Notes: generated from the letters alone by a model not told the origin. Positions 20,077-30,603 are shown, counted from the stretch's first letter. The stretch: 64,000 nt of DNA from an uncultured Acidobacteriota bacterium (GCA_963809485.1 CAWEJX010000008.1:576001-640000); one strand, 5' to 3'. A program made the numbers and translations.

Positions 20077-21396
20077 TCGGATGACTGGAAAACGCTCGCT
20101 GCGAAACGGGTGAAAATGGTATTGGATTGTGACTTCGTGAGAATCGTGTTTATGGGCAGTATGTCGTTCAATTGTTTATGGCGATCAAACAAAATCTGAA
20201 AATCAAAACCTTCTTTGGAACGAACGCCAATGCAGTCAAGACGCAGATTTGGACGGCGCTAATCGCAATGCCGGTCTTTCGCTACCTGCAGCTGATGTCG
20301 ACATTCGGCTGGTCGCTTTCGAATCTGTCTGCCTTGCTGCGGCATCAATTGTTTGTCTACCGCGATCTTTTTGCGTGGTTGAATGCACGCTTGAAGGCCC
20401 GCCGCAGTTGGCGGAACCTTCCAAAGCCCAACTGTCTTTGGGGATTATACCGTAGTTGGACAGCAGAATTGATGACAATAGTTACAAAATCAACGGACGG
20501 GAACCTTAACCCGACTTTGACAACTGGAGGGGTGGAGCACCCGTAAATAGTTGAAATCATTAGACGGCATTCGCAAAGCTGCATGATCATTTATCACGTG
20601 GTTTTCGAAGTCACCATGCCTTGGGGACACTGGGCGCTAAATCGCGCGTCAGCATTTCCCATGGCTTGCATTGTTGCTCTATTGAGTGTATTTCTTTTAA
20701 GGAGATGGCAAAAGACGACGGAATCCTGCCGCAGGATACCATAGATCCCAAATGGCAAGAAAAGATCATGCGTAAGGCAGAACGGACGCGCATCTTCCGT
20801 TCGACCGACGGTCTGCCGGACTTGGGAGCGAGGAGTGCAATCGTTGATGGAGAATTGGCGGCCGCTGTAATCACTGCGCGCATTCATAACGTATGGAACA
20901 TCCTTTTTGGCTGGAGCCACCGACTTTTTTTAAGCAAATATGTCAACCATGCCCTATTTTTTGCGATGGGCTGTGACATTCTTTCGCAATCTACCGTTGA
21001 GACAATCTTCTGTAGCGTTCAGTCGCCGGATTCAAGTGAAAACGTTGATGAGTTCAACTTACCAATGAACTTTATAGCAAATCCTTTTCGACTGTGCGTG
21101 GCTCCTAATCCTTTAATGACAATCTTTGTCAATTATTTTTCATGCAAGGTGTTCTTAAAACTGCATTGCCGCTATCCGGCCGGCTATCCCTTAACCACAA
21201 CGGCAGGCATTCCTGCTTTCTATCTGCAAGCAATATGTCCACCTAGAGATCAATCCCAGCCTGAATGTATGGTCGATCGAAATACCACACTGTTGCAGAA
21301 ACCGAATTTTGGCGTGGAAAACATAATACTGAGGGCGTTATTTAACGCCTTTCGCCTCTATTTGAAAGAAGATAATTATGGCTGTGCGAGTTCGCC

Positions 21397-22023
21397 ATGC
21401 TTAGCATACGAAATCTAGCGTTAGAAGATCTATCTGTTATCGCCAAATTACATATGGATCATATGCCGTTGACTTTTCCGCCCTGCCGGCCTTACTTCAA
21501 TTTGATGAAGCTGATCTATTCTTCTTTTTTAGTCACTAAAGAGGGCATTTGCCACGTAGCGACAATAGATGATAGCATTATTGGCTATGTGTGTTTCCAT
21601 AAATGTTCAAAACATATTTATATCAGTGCATTTAAAAATTGCCCCGTCGGGTTTTGCTGGAATGCTATGGTGCTGTTTTTCCGGTTTCCTGTTTTTTTCC
21701 TAAAAGGCGTGCCTCGCGTACTTGGAACACTATCATTATCAAGAACAAGCGAGCAACCGGCGACGCCGGATTCTGATTTATGGAAAGGGCTTTATGAGTT
21801 GCGCCCTATAGTAGTCAGAAAGGACAAACAAGGAACTTCAGTAGCCGATAGATTGATATCCTGCGGGGAAAATAGTCTGATCAACAGCGGGGAAAACAAA
21901 TACTTCCTGCGCGTCAGAAAGGATAACGCCAGAGCAATCGCCTTTTACAATAAAATGGGTTTCATAACAGTGCGAGATGAAGGAGTTCGAATTGTTATGG
22001 TCAAGGACATTAAAGGACATTAG
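21397..22023 (+). CDS. GNAT N-acetyltransferase
   Basis: LRPIVVRKDKQGTSVA, VRKDNARAIAFYNKMGF. Confidence 0.85.
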   Translation: MLSIRNLALEDLSVIAKLHMDHMPLTFPPCRPYFNLMKLIYSSFLVTKEGICHVATIDDSIIGYVCFHKCSKHIYISAFKNCPVGFCWNAMVLFFRFPVFFLKGVPRVLGTLSLSRTSEQPATPDSDLWKGLYELRPIVVRKDKQGTSVADRLISCGENSLINSGENKYFLRVRKDNARAIAFYNKMGFITVRDEGVRIVMVKDIKGH

Positions 22024-22159
22024 AGGATAATTTTGTGATCCCCCTTGAACCATGGTTTGCGAGACTGTAAGGGGTATCGCGAGAACGCATGTATTGATTC
22101 GTGATAAGACATAGGTCTTATTAGTGCGGATATGTCAGCGGAAGGGGAGGTATGTAGCG

Positions 22160-23197
22160 GTGGGCAATGAAAAAAGATGTGTTACCTGCATATTGCCGGA
22201 GCCATTTCCGGGAATAACCTTGAATGAAAATGGCATATGTAATTACTGCTCATCTTATGAAAAAATCATCCCGTTGGGAGATAACGAATTGCTGGATGTT
22301 TTGGATAGGCAAAAAAGTAAAAGCTATGATTGTGTTATTCCTTTAAGTGGGGGCAAGGATAGCACCTATGTTTTATATTATGCCGTGAAGAAGTTGGGAT
22401 TAAAGGTTATCTGCGTTAATTACGATTCTGGTTTCCAATCGAAAATAGCAATCAGAAATATGAAACGCGCTTGTGAGATATTGGATGTGCCGCTGGTGAT
22501 TTATGAAGCAGACTTCCATAAAAGAGCCAGAATTGTGAAGAGAATTTTAAGCATAGCCCCGACTGTTGGAATACCTATCGGTATTTGTGCGAATTGCCAT
22601 AACGGCATACGAAGTGCATCCATGCGTGTGGCGAAGCTTCATGGTATAAAGACTGTAATTTCAGGGACAACACAATTTGAGCGCTTCGGAGCCAACCCTA
22701 TAACAGGAAGCAACTATTCGGTGAGAAGATTGGCAAAGTGTAGCTTACCCAAGATTCTGCCTAGCTTAATGCGAGTATCTGTACTAATTGGCATTGAACG
22801 GATTCGGCTTAGCATGCCGCTTTGGGATAGGAAATATTTTTTCGGAGATAAGTCGAATGTGAAAACCGTTCATCTTTACGATTATATTCCTTGGGCTTGC
22901 ATGCATAAAGACATCGTGGGCTTGTTAGCAAACGAGGTAGGTTGGGAGCATTCCAAAGAGCGAGTAGATAGGTTCGACTGCATGCTGCATCCTTTTCTAA
23001 ATTACAAATGGTTTAAGGAAACGGGGATTTCCCTGGATGGCTACCTATATTGCGATATGGTAAGGATGGGAGCTATGTCCAGAGAGGATGCATTAAGCCG
23101 TGAGCAAACAATAGAAAAGAGACTGCAGGAAGATTGTTTTGAACTGGTTAAGCTTCCTGAATTCAATAACGTAGCGCTGGATTGGTTACGACCTTAG
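22160..23197 (+). CDS. N-acetyl sugar amidotransferase-like PP-loop ATPase (WbuX/PseA-like)
   Basis: RCVTC...GICNYC, YDCVIPLSGGKDST, CANC; GTG start after GGGGAGG. Confidence 0.82.
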   Translation: MGNEKRCVTCILPEPFPGITLNENGICNYCSSYEKIIPLGDNELLDVLDRQKSKSYDCVIPLSGGKDSTYVLYYAVKKLGLKVICVNYDSGFQSKIAIRNMKRACEILDVPLVIYEADFHKRARIVKRILSIAPTVGIPIGICANCHNGIRSASMRVAKLHGIKTVISGTTQFERFGANPITGSNYSVRRLAKCSLPKILPSLMRVSVLIGIERIRLSMPLWDRKYFFGDKSNVKTVHLYDYIPWACMHKDIVGLLANEVGWEHSKERVDRFDCMLHPFLNYKWFKETGISLDGYLYCDMVRMGAMSREDALSREQTIEKRLQEDCFELVKLPEFNNVALDWLRP

Positions 23198-23286
23198 GTT
23201 TTCCCCAATTTGTATTTTATGGGGATCAAACCCCATTCTTCAACAAGATATTGCACTCACCCCGCTTTACCAAAAAGGAGAATTCG

Positions 23287-24540
23287 TTGGAATATCGCAC
23301 ATTGGGTAGGACTGGACTTGACGTGAGTGTAATTGGTTTAGGTGGGGCACACTATATGCAAATATTGCCACAAAAATCAGTTTTTTCGATTGTTCAAGAA
23401 GCCTTGGACAACGGAATCAACTATATTGATCTTTATTCCGCTAATCCCTATGTCCGTGACAAAATTGGGTTAGCCCTAAAGGGCAAACGCGAAAATGCAA
23501 TAGTTGCGGCCCATCTGGGTGTGTCAGAGAAACATGGACAATATTGTAGAACAAGAGACGAAGGAGAGTGCCGCAAATTCTTCATTGACTTCCTATCTCG
23601 ATTGCGCACCGATTGGGTGGAAATTCTAATGTTGCATTTTATCGATCTGGAAAATGATTATGAAAATGTCTTCAATGGGGGCATGCTGCAATTAGCGCAG
23701 AAATATAAAAGCGAGGGGAAAGCTCGCTTTATAGGAATGAGCAGCCATAACCTGGACGTTTCTTTGAAAGCTGTAAAGAGTGGGCAGATCGATGTCCTTA
23801 TGTATCCAATCAACATTACAAATCACACTATGCCGGATCGGCAAAAGCTTCTTAATACCTGCATCACTGAAGGGGTCGGGTTGGTCGCAATGAAACCCTT
23901 TGCAGGGGGAACTCTTCTTCAGCGAAGCGCAAGTGTTTTCACCGACACCCTCAGTTCAGGTTGGAGGAGTTTTCATAGAAACCAAGCCATTTCAGGAACC
24001 CCAATACAGTGTATCAGCTATGTACTGTCCCAAGCAGGAGTATCCACAGTTGTGCCCGGAATAAAAAGCGCTGCGGAATTGCAGGCAGCTCTTCGCTTCT
24101 TAAACGCCAGTTCCGAAGAGAAAAGCTTTGACTCGCTCGTAAAAACTCTTGACCTTTACATGGAAGGTGGATGCGTATACTGCAATCACTGTTTGCCATG
24201 TCCCTCTTCTATAGATATCGCCGGAGTTATTCGACTTGTAGAGACATCAAAGCACGCCTTTACGAGGAATCTATACTCTGAGTATAACGAACTTCCAGCA
24301 AAGGGTTCTGACTGTATAGAATGTGAAGCATGTATGGAGCGTTGTCCTTTCAGTGTGGATATAATTTTCAAGATGAAAGAAGCCAAGCGATTATTCGAAG
24401 GCAGCATGTACCAGGCTTGGATCCGATCGCTATATTGGCGTCTTTATAAGTTTCAATTATTCTGGCCCATTTTAAGAGCTTCAAGGAAGCTCAAGACGAA
24501 TCTTCAAAATTTACTGCTTCAGCAAAAGTGGGACAAATAG
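23287..24540 (+). CDS. Aldo/keto reductase with C-terminal 4Fe-4S dicluster
   Basis: EYRTLGRTGLDVSVIGLG, AMKPFAGG, CVYCNHCLPCP, CIECEACMERCP; TTG start after AAGGAG. Confidence 0.9.
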   Translation: MEYRTLGRTGLDVSVIGLGGAHYMQILPQKSVFSIVQEALDNGINYIDLYSANPYVRDKIGLALKGKRENAIVAAHLGVSEKHGQYCRTRDEGECRKFFIDFLSRLRTDWVEILMLHFIDLENDYENVFNGGMLQLAQKYKSEGKARFIGMSSHNLDVSLKAVKSGQIDVLMYPINITNHTMPDRQKLLNTCITEGVGLVAMKPFAGGTLLQRSASVFTDTLSSGWRSFHRNQAISGTPIQCISYVLSQAGVSTVVPGIKSAAELQAALRFLNASSEEKSFDSLVKTLDLYMEGGCVYCNHCLPCPSSIDIAGVIRLVETSKHAFTRNLYSEYNELPAKGSDCIECEACMERCPFSVDIIFKMKEAKRLFEGSMYQAWIRSLYWRLYKFQLFWPILRASRKLKTNLQNLLLQQKWDK

Positions 24541-24585
24541 ATCGTAAAAACAAGAGACACTTGGCACCGTGTCCTTTCGGCACGC

Positions 24586-25254
24586 TTGTCGAGCTATAAG
24601 AGTTCTCCTCAGCTGAATGCATTCCCAAGGTATTGCATTAAGCTTTTGAAGTATACAATTTTTCAGAACAGCGAGTATTGGACAATGAAGTCTGATGATA
24701 CACAACTCAAATGTCAAATCCCTGGTTTGCAGGGGATGTCAGAGGGTCCTGCCGAAGCTCCGCCCGATTCTCTAATTGAACGTTTAAAGCTGATGATCAG
24801 GAGACGATTAGGCCCAAGCACTGAGAGAAAAATAAAAATTTTCACAAATGATCTCATGAACCGGTTTTACAGGTTGACAGGCAGGATCCCGAAACCATCC
24901 GTTTCGCCAGGAAATAACTTCTCGGCAGGTTTGCAGGCAGGCGATTGGGTGAGAGTGCGCCCGTTGAACGACATTGAGGCTACACTGAACCACTGGAGAC
25001 AACTCAAAGGTTGCGCATTTATGCCAGAAATGGCTGAATACTGTGGCACAACTCAGCGGGTTTTCAGGACGGTGAAGAGGTTTGTGGACGAACGTGATCT
25101 TCGGATAAAAAAGTCAAGAGGCATCGTACTGCTCGAAGGCGTTTTTTGTCAGCTCACGGCGGAACCCAGAGGCTGCGACCGTTCCTGTTTTCTCTTCTGG
25201 AGAGAGGAATGGCTGGAAAAGATTGATCCGTCTGACCGAATTTCCATTGAATGA
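24586..25254 (+). CDS. Conserved hypothetical Cys-motif protein (SH3-like)
   Basis: GDWVRVRP..IEATL..FMPEMAEYCG..RV..LLEGVFC..GCDRSCFLFWREEWLE; start uncertain. Confidence 0.65.
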   Translation: MSSYKSSPQLNAFPRYCIKLLKYTIFQNSEYWTMKSDDTQLKCQIPGLQGMSEGPAEAPPDSLIERLKLMIRRRLGPSTERKIKIFTNDLMNRFYRLTGRIPKPSVSPGNNFSAGLQAGDWVRVRPLNDIEATLNHWRQLKGCAFMPEMAEYCGTTQRVFRTVKRFVDERDLRIKKSRGIVLLEGVFCQLTAEPRGCDRSCFLFWREEWLEKIDPSDRISIE

Positions 25255-25470
25255 CTTGGACGTAGTGATCGGCGAAGATCCCTTTCGTTTCTGTGGGGAA
25301 GGACATTATGGCGATCGGATTTCGAGGAATGGCTATATTGATGGAGCAATTAGCACTGTTTTCGACGGTGTAAATTGATTGTAAAATTGTAAGAGATTTC
25401 TTATATTTTTAAAGGCGATTAGCCAGGAAGCTTTTGCCAAAAAGGTTCAATTCAGTTCCGGCCATACCCT

Positions 25471-26139
25471 ATGACTCGTTCTGAGCCTGAAATACGGATC
25501 CTGATCGCGGATGATCATGCTATTTTTCGCGATGGATTGAAGACGATGATCACCGGCGAGCGGGGATTTCATGTAGTTGGAGAAGCAAGCGACGGCGATG
25601 AAGCCATTCGGCTGGTCGAGATATTGAATCCGGATGTGCTACTGCTCGATCTACTCATGCCGAAAGTATCGGGACTGGAAGTGTTGAAATCGCTTGCAGA
25701 TAAGCGCAAGAAAGTTCGGTCCATCATATTATCTGGCGCGGCGGATGGAGCAGATATTTCCCGTGCTTTCGAACTGGGGGCACAGGGGCTGGTATTGAAG
25801 GAGTCTGCAACCACTCTCCTGTTCAAGAGCATCACTGCGGTGATGGCAGGGAAATACTGGATTGGGCAGACCAGCGTCGCTACTCTGGCCCAGTCCCTCA
25901 ATCATTACAGGGATTCAGCCAAAAGCAACAAAAAGAAAAACTTCGGGCTTACAGAGCGGGAAATGGAAATCGTCGGGGCGGTCGTATCGGGATATCCCAA
26001 CAAGGAGATTGCCGGCCGATATGGAATCAGTGAGCAGACGGTCAAACACCACATCACAAATATCTTCGACAAACTGGGCGTATACAACCGCCTGGAACTT
26101 ACTTTATTTGTCTTTCACCACAACCTGATCGAAAAATAA
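25471..26139 (+). CDS. NarL/LuxR-family response regulator
   Basis: IADDHAIFRDG, DVLLLDLLMP, LTEREMEI..NKEIA..TVKHHITNIFDKLGV. Confidence 0.95.
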   Translation: MTRSEPEIRILIADDHAIFRDGLKTMITGERGFHVVGEASDGDEAIRLVEILNPDVLLLDLLMPKVSGLEVLKSLADKRKKVRSIILSGAADGADISRAFELGAQGLVLKESATTLLFKSITAVMAGKYWIGQTSVATLAQSLNHYRDSAKSNKKKNFGLTEREMEIVGAVVSGYPNKEIAGRYGISEQTVKHHITNIFDKLGVYNRLELTLFVFHHNLIEK

Positions 26140-26236
26140 AGGCGCCACGGATTCCGCGATATGATACGGCTTTATAAACTGGTGGGATTCGTGCCGTTTT
26201 TGGGTTTTTCCGGCATGCCTTTATAGGTTGCTGGCA

Positions 26237-26479
26237 CTATAGATTAAGTTTGTCGAGCAACTGTTCCAAGGTCATGGAATGATGATGGGCTATGCTTTTG
26301 AGGATTTGCTGCAGTGTTCCAACTTTTATAGGATTATGGCTTGGTATAACTTCGTGATGCTCCCCATCCAGATTTGTTGTTAATCGCATATGGGAGCCTT
26401 TTTGCCGAGTGACAGTGTATCCAAGGCTGGTTAGCTAACGAACTAATCGCCCAGCCGATATATCACGAGGGGTTCTCAA
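26237..26479 (-). pseudogene. hicA: HicA-family toxin with an in-frame TAG at codon 15
   Basis: Manual translation MRTPRDISAGRLVR*LTSLGYTVTRQKGSHMRLT...VIPSHNPIKVGTLQQILKSIA; TTG start overlaps the upstream TGA. Confidence 0.85.
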
Positions 26480-26688
26480 GGGGCCAAAACCTCATCACGT
26501 ACAAAATGAAGGCGAATCATTCCCACAGGATCCATAGACTCGTCAAAATAGCATGCTACGGCTTCACGAATGCGCTCCCGCAACTCGAAAAGAGAATCCG
26601 CCTCGGTGTGTATGCCATAACCGATTGCCGAGGCTGAATATCCACCGTCAATCTCATCCTCGGTCACTTCGAAAATAATCTCCTTCAT
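26476..26688 (-). CDS. HicB-like antitoxin (short form)
   Basis: EDEIDGGYSASAIGYGIHTEADSLFELRERIREAVACYF; translationally coupled to hicA. Confidence 0.8.
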   Translation of the reverse strand: MKEIIFEVTEDEIDGGYSASAIGYGIHTEADSLFELRERIREAVACYFDESMDPVGMIRLHFVRDEVLAP

Positions 26689-26739
26689 GTTTCACCTGCC
26701 AACTGAATTTTACCAAAAACCACAGGGATTAATACGGAT

Positions 26740-27492
26740 TCACGGATTTTCCATCCGGGATTTGATCTTTTCCCAGGAACCGGTGATCAGAAAGCTCTCG
26801 TCCATGTCGGCGACCATGCGCTCGAATTTTGCCACCGGGACAGCGAATGTCAGAGTGTTGGGATCGACGCCGGGACGGGCCGAAACATCGAACATTCCCA
26901 GGATAGCGCGCGGGCGGTCCGAGGCGCACTCCTGCAGCGGGTATTGGACGATGGTCGCGCACCCGGCCCCCATAGGGCAGAAGACGGCGTTGTTCGTGGG
27001 CTCGTCGTAGTTGGCTAGCGTGTAAAGGCCAGAAAGCACATCCGGCGGGGAGTAGAAAATCACGACCTGCGGGTTGTCCGCCGTATCCAGCGTGTCCCAG
27101 CGCTTGAAGACGATGTATTTGGCAGGCGCCGGCAGGACGGGGTTGTTCTTGAGCAATTCTATGACAAGTTCCGGAGATTTTTTGTATCGTTCGCCTTCGA
27201 GCTTTCCGGGAATGCCGCAGGAGAGAAAGTACTCGAAATTCGGCATCACGCCCTGAGTGAAGCCCAGGTAGCGCTTCCCTCCCGGGCAGATGACGGTCTT
27301 CGCGTCGAAGCGCAGGGAGTGGCCTTGCCGCACGGCAGCCAAGTCATCGACAAAACAATGCCGACCTTCCACTGTGCCAGGGGGAGGCACATTTCCCGGC
27401 TCGTCCGTGTAGTAGAAAGTGATTGGCAGTCCCGCGCCGGGGAAATATTTGTTCCATCTTTCAAGAAATTTCTCTTTCAGTTCTTTTTTCAT
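26740..27492 (-). CDS. DUF169 family protein
   Basis: CPGGKRYLGF, FLSCGI..EGERYKKSPE, GAGCATIV, DVSARP. Confidence 0.8.
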   Translation of the reverse strand: MKKELKEKFLERWNKYFPGAGLPITFYYTDEPGNVPPPGTVEGRHCFVDDLAAVRQGHSLRFDAKTVICPGGKRYLGFTQGVMPNFEYFLSCGIPGKLEGERYKKSPELVIELLKNNPVLPAPAKYIVFKRWDTLDTADNPQVVIFYSPPDVLSGLYTLANYDEPTNNAVFCPMGAGCATIVQYPLQECASDRPRAILGMFDVSARPGVDPNTLTFAVPVAKFERMVADMDESFLITGSWEKIKSRMENP

Positions 27493-27710
27493 AGTTTTCT
27501 CAATATGCGATCCTTCGCAAGATTTTTGCCAATGCAGCTTAAAACATCAATCGCACGGCTCTGGAGAGCCGTGCTCACTAGAACCTGATGAGGGGACAGT
27601 CTGAGTATTCCTATCATTTGTGGCCATCGGCCACGCCAGGCAATTCACATCTAATGATAAGATAAAACCCTGAGACCGGCCATTGGAAATATGGGGGGAG
27701 ACAGTCAGCC

Positions 27711-29018
27711 TTAAGAGGCTCTACCCGAACCACTGAGGTAGGAAAGCACATGGGTGTCCATGCTGGGCAGGACTGCTTCTGAGCCGAATTGATCGCTGTT
27801 GATCTCGGCAATCAGGCTGCGGAGCTGGCTGGAAAAGACCTGTTCAAAGTATAGGCCGTAGAGCCTTTTGGTGATTAAGCCTCGTTGAAATGCCTTCTTC
27901 ATCAATCGTGCAAACCGCAGTCCGGTTGTTTCACCCTTAAGGTGCGCGCTATAGTGTTTTAATGCGATTTCAGTGGCAACCTTTATTGGGGACTGGCTTC
28001 GCTCCTGAGTTCTCTTAAGCAGGCTAACAACAACATCCCGATATAATGTCGTGCTCAAAGCCTTTATTCGGCCGATTTCAACGCCGCAGTCCAATAGAGA
28101 TGTTCCAAAAGCCCCTCCACAGTTGGAGACAAATCCAGGCAAACAGGTGATGCCGCGCTGGCGCAGCCGCTCGGCCGCGCTTTCCGTATAAGGAGCATTC
28201 GCCGCGGGCACAATGAAACGGGCGTGGATCGCTTCGGCGTCGTCGTCGCGAATCGACAGCACCCTGGCCGATGGAACAAAAATATCGGCATCGCTGTAGG
28301 CGATATGCTGTCTGTCGACAGGGCGGGCATTCTCCAGGTGCGAGACCATATCATCCCCATAGATGCGCCGAGCTTTGATGAGCTCCTCAGAAGCGAATCC
28401 GGTTTGCCTCTCGACTCCACCGCATTCGGTTGATAAAGCAACTATGCGGAATCGGGATGGATCCAGTCTTTGGGCGAGATGTGCGGCTACCCGCCCGAAT
28501 CCCTCGATGGCTATCGTGCAGGGCTGCTTGACTCCGGTCGCGATTTCACTGCAGGCTATAATTGAGTTTTCAACCGAAAGCGCCGTGAAATAGGAACTGT
28601 CCGTCGTCTTCCGAAGATTGATGCCCGCCCCGCGATAGACCGCGCGAAGGTCTTTTTCGCTGCAGTTCATATCCATGGCCGGATAATAAATTGCGCTATG
28701 GATGAGGGCAGCTGTTCTTCGTCCGAATTCTTCAAGTATGAGACGCCTCTCTGCGGGTTCCGTATTCCGGGGAATGCGAACTCCACTCTTGGCGCCGCCT
28801 CTCGGGAGACCCATGAAGCTAAATTTCAGGGTCATTTCACGTGAGAGAAGCCGCACTTCCGAGGCATCAATATCGTGGGCGATCCGGAGACCTCCCGAAC
28901 TGGTGCCGTTAATCAGGGAATCAATAGCTATATATCCTGACCAATTGGTTCCTTCGGTGACAATCATGAAATTGGGCGGCAAGGCGACACTCCTTTGGTT
29001 CAGCAATGCCCTGGACAC
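27711..29018 (-). CDS. Glu/Leu/Phe/Val dehydrogenase family protein
   Basis: GGLRI, REMTLKF, GGAKSG, IEGFGRVA, PAANAP, NCGG. Confidence 0.85.
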   Translation of the reverse strand: MSRALLNQRSVALPPNFMIVTEGTNWSGYIAIDSLINGTSSGGLRIAHDIDASEVRLLSREMTLKFSFMGLPRGGAKSGVRIPRNTEPAERRLILEEFGRRTAALIHSAIYYPAMDMNCSEKDLRAVYRGAGINLRKTTDSSYFTALSVENSIIACSEIATGVKQPCTIAIEGFGRVAAHLAQRLDPSRFRIVALSTECGGVERQTGFASEELIKARRIYGDDMVSHLENARPVDRQHIAYSDADIFVPSARVLSIRDDDAEAIHARFIVPAANAPYTESAAERLRQRGITCLPGFVSNCGGAFGTSLLDCGVEIGRIKALSTTLYRDVVVSLLKRTQERSQSPIKVATEIALKHYSAHLKGETTGLRFARLMKKAFQRGLITKRLYGLYFEQVFSSQLRSLIAEINSDQFGSEAVLPSMDTHVLSYLSGSGRAS

Positions 29019-29180
29019 ACGAACACTTCCAGGCTATCCGATATCCTCTGGAAGCTCTGTTGAGCTATGTCCTTCTCATCGGACGAATTGGCAAATGTAA
29101 TTACGATTCAAATAGGGGGACGGTCACCAGTGTCCCCCTATTTTTTCTGAAATAAAACCATCCCGGGCGAAGCTTTATAT

Positions 29181-29351
29181 GTCAGGCACCTCCGGTAAAG
29201 CCGGAGGCTTGAAAGATTGGAACCGCTCAAAGCGGTTGGAGGAGTTACGCCGGTCTTGAACGCTGACTTACGCGTATCTCAGCGTTTCAAAATACGGAGC
29301 CGTCAAACTCTATGAGTCCCCCGGCAGAGCCGGGATTTACCAATAGAATTA
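29181..29351. mobile_element. Non-autonomous IS200/IS605-type miniature element (both hairpin ends, no tnpA)
   Basis: cctccggtaaagccggagg and aaccgctcaaagcggtt at one end, cccggcagagccggg at the other; second copy inverted at 33476-33878. Confidence 0.65.
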
Positions 29352-29421
29352 TGGAACGCAAAGCTCGTGTGGTCATCCCCGGGTGGCCCCATCATGTCAC
29401 CCAGCAGTCGGTCCTAACTGG

Positions 29422-29772
29422 TTTCTGTCGCGAAACTCGGGTTTTGTGAAAAAGCCAAATTTTTCAACCGTCAATAGGATATTTGATATTACATGGAAGC
29501 CGATAATTGGAGTCAGGCCGCGTAGCGGCCAGCTGAATTTAGCCAGGCCTTTTAAGGCCTGGATCGAAAGGAGTTAAGTTTTCCGTCGCGTAGCGACGGC
29601 TGAATCTCAGGCGTCGCTACGCGACGCGCTGCTCGCTGTACCATGGTTCCCGGCCTTGAAAGGCCGGGCTAAAATCATAGTGCCGCTACGCGGCACAAAC
29701 CAGTTTCGCGACAGAAACAACGCTAAAATCATAGTGCCGCTACGCGGCACAAACCAGTTTCGCGACAGAAAC
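29422..29772. repeat. REP-like palindrome cluster
   Basis: cgtcgcgtagcgacg/cgtcgctacgcgacg, cccggccttgaaaggccggg, gtgccgctacgcggcac; 54-bp-period tandem duplication at 29668-29772. Confidence 0.8.
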
Positions 29773-29982
29773 CCACTAAGTCGGATTCCCAAAGCGGCAG
29801 CACCAAAATTGTCCGCTCCAGGAAAAAATCAAAGAAAGAAATGAACACCCAAGAAGCCTGGAGCCTGGAATCTGGGAAATAAATGGGTGTCCCCAAGAGA
29901 CCTGCAAAAGCCCTGGACTGATGGGTGTCCTAAAGGTCAAGAGGTCTCCTGAGGGTGTCAGATTAGGGTGGAAAGTGAAAGG

Positions 29983-30603
29983 TTAAGGCTGTTCCGGAAC
30001 GAAGGGGGTAAGGAGGAGCTCGCGGTAGATCCTTTCGACCTGGTCGCGGGTCTGCTTCATCGTGCCGTTGGTGTCGATGACGTAATGCGCAAACTTGAGC
30101 TTCTCCTCGACCGGCATCTGCGACTCCATCCGCGCCCGGGCCTCCTTTTCCGTCATCCCGTCGCGGCCCATGAGCCGCGCCACCTGCAATGCGGGATCGC
30201 ACCTGACAATAATCAGCCGGTCGTACATCTTGTAGCCGCCGGTTTCAATCATCAGGGCGGCATCCACAATGACGACGCCTCCCGATCCCGACTGTTCGAG
30301 CACCACAATCCGCCGCAGTATCTCCCGCCCGACATCCGGGTGCACCAGGCTGTTGAGCAGCGTTCTTTTGTCTTCATCGGAGAAGACGATGCGCCCCAGT
30401 TCCCTGCGGTCGATCTCCCCGTCAGGGCCGACAATCGCCGGACCAAACGCATCGACGATCCTTTGAAAAGTCCGGGAGGTGGAAGCCAGCAGTTCATGCG
30501 CCACCGAATCCGCGTCGATGACGTGCGCCCCGAGTTCGGCAAACATGCGGGCGGCACTGCTCTTGCCCGATGCGATGTTCCCCGTCAAGCCTGCGTGCAG
30601 CAT
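29983..30603 (-). CDS. coaE: Dephospho-CoA kinase
   Basis: GLTGNIASGKS, IDAD, IDRRELG, HP, DAALMIE. Confidence 0.95.
   Translation of the reverse strand: MLHAGLTGNIASGKSSAARMFAELGAHVIDADSVAHELLASTSRTFQRIVDAFGPAIVGPDGEIDRRELGRIVFSDEDKRTLLNSLVHPDVGREILRRIVVLEQSGSGGVVIVDAALMIETGGYKMYDRLIIVRCDPALQVARLMGRDGMTEKEARARMESQMPVEEKLKFAHYVIDTNGTMKQTRDQVERIYRELLLTPFVPEQP

Larger units (their letters stand above)
18061..20468 (+). mobile_element. Defective IS4-family element whose centre is replaced by a serine-recombinase segment
   Basis: Terminal IRs cactgctgtcccaac (18061) and gttggacagcag (20455-20466); N-part GQFVAMLF..SLREI..RSTLAYAN..WAQFRRTKGAVKLH; C-part IKQNLKIKTFFGTNANAVKTQIWTAL. Confidence 0.85.

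Noticed and set aside
20594-21418. ORFs 20621-21418 (+) and 20594-20920 (-)
   Set aside because: No recognisable motifs or RBS; probably decayed or intergenic DNA.
26435-26437. Pyrrolysine decoding of the hicA TAG
   Set aside because: No pyl genes are visible; a nonsense mutation in a toxin is the simpler explanation.
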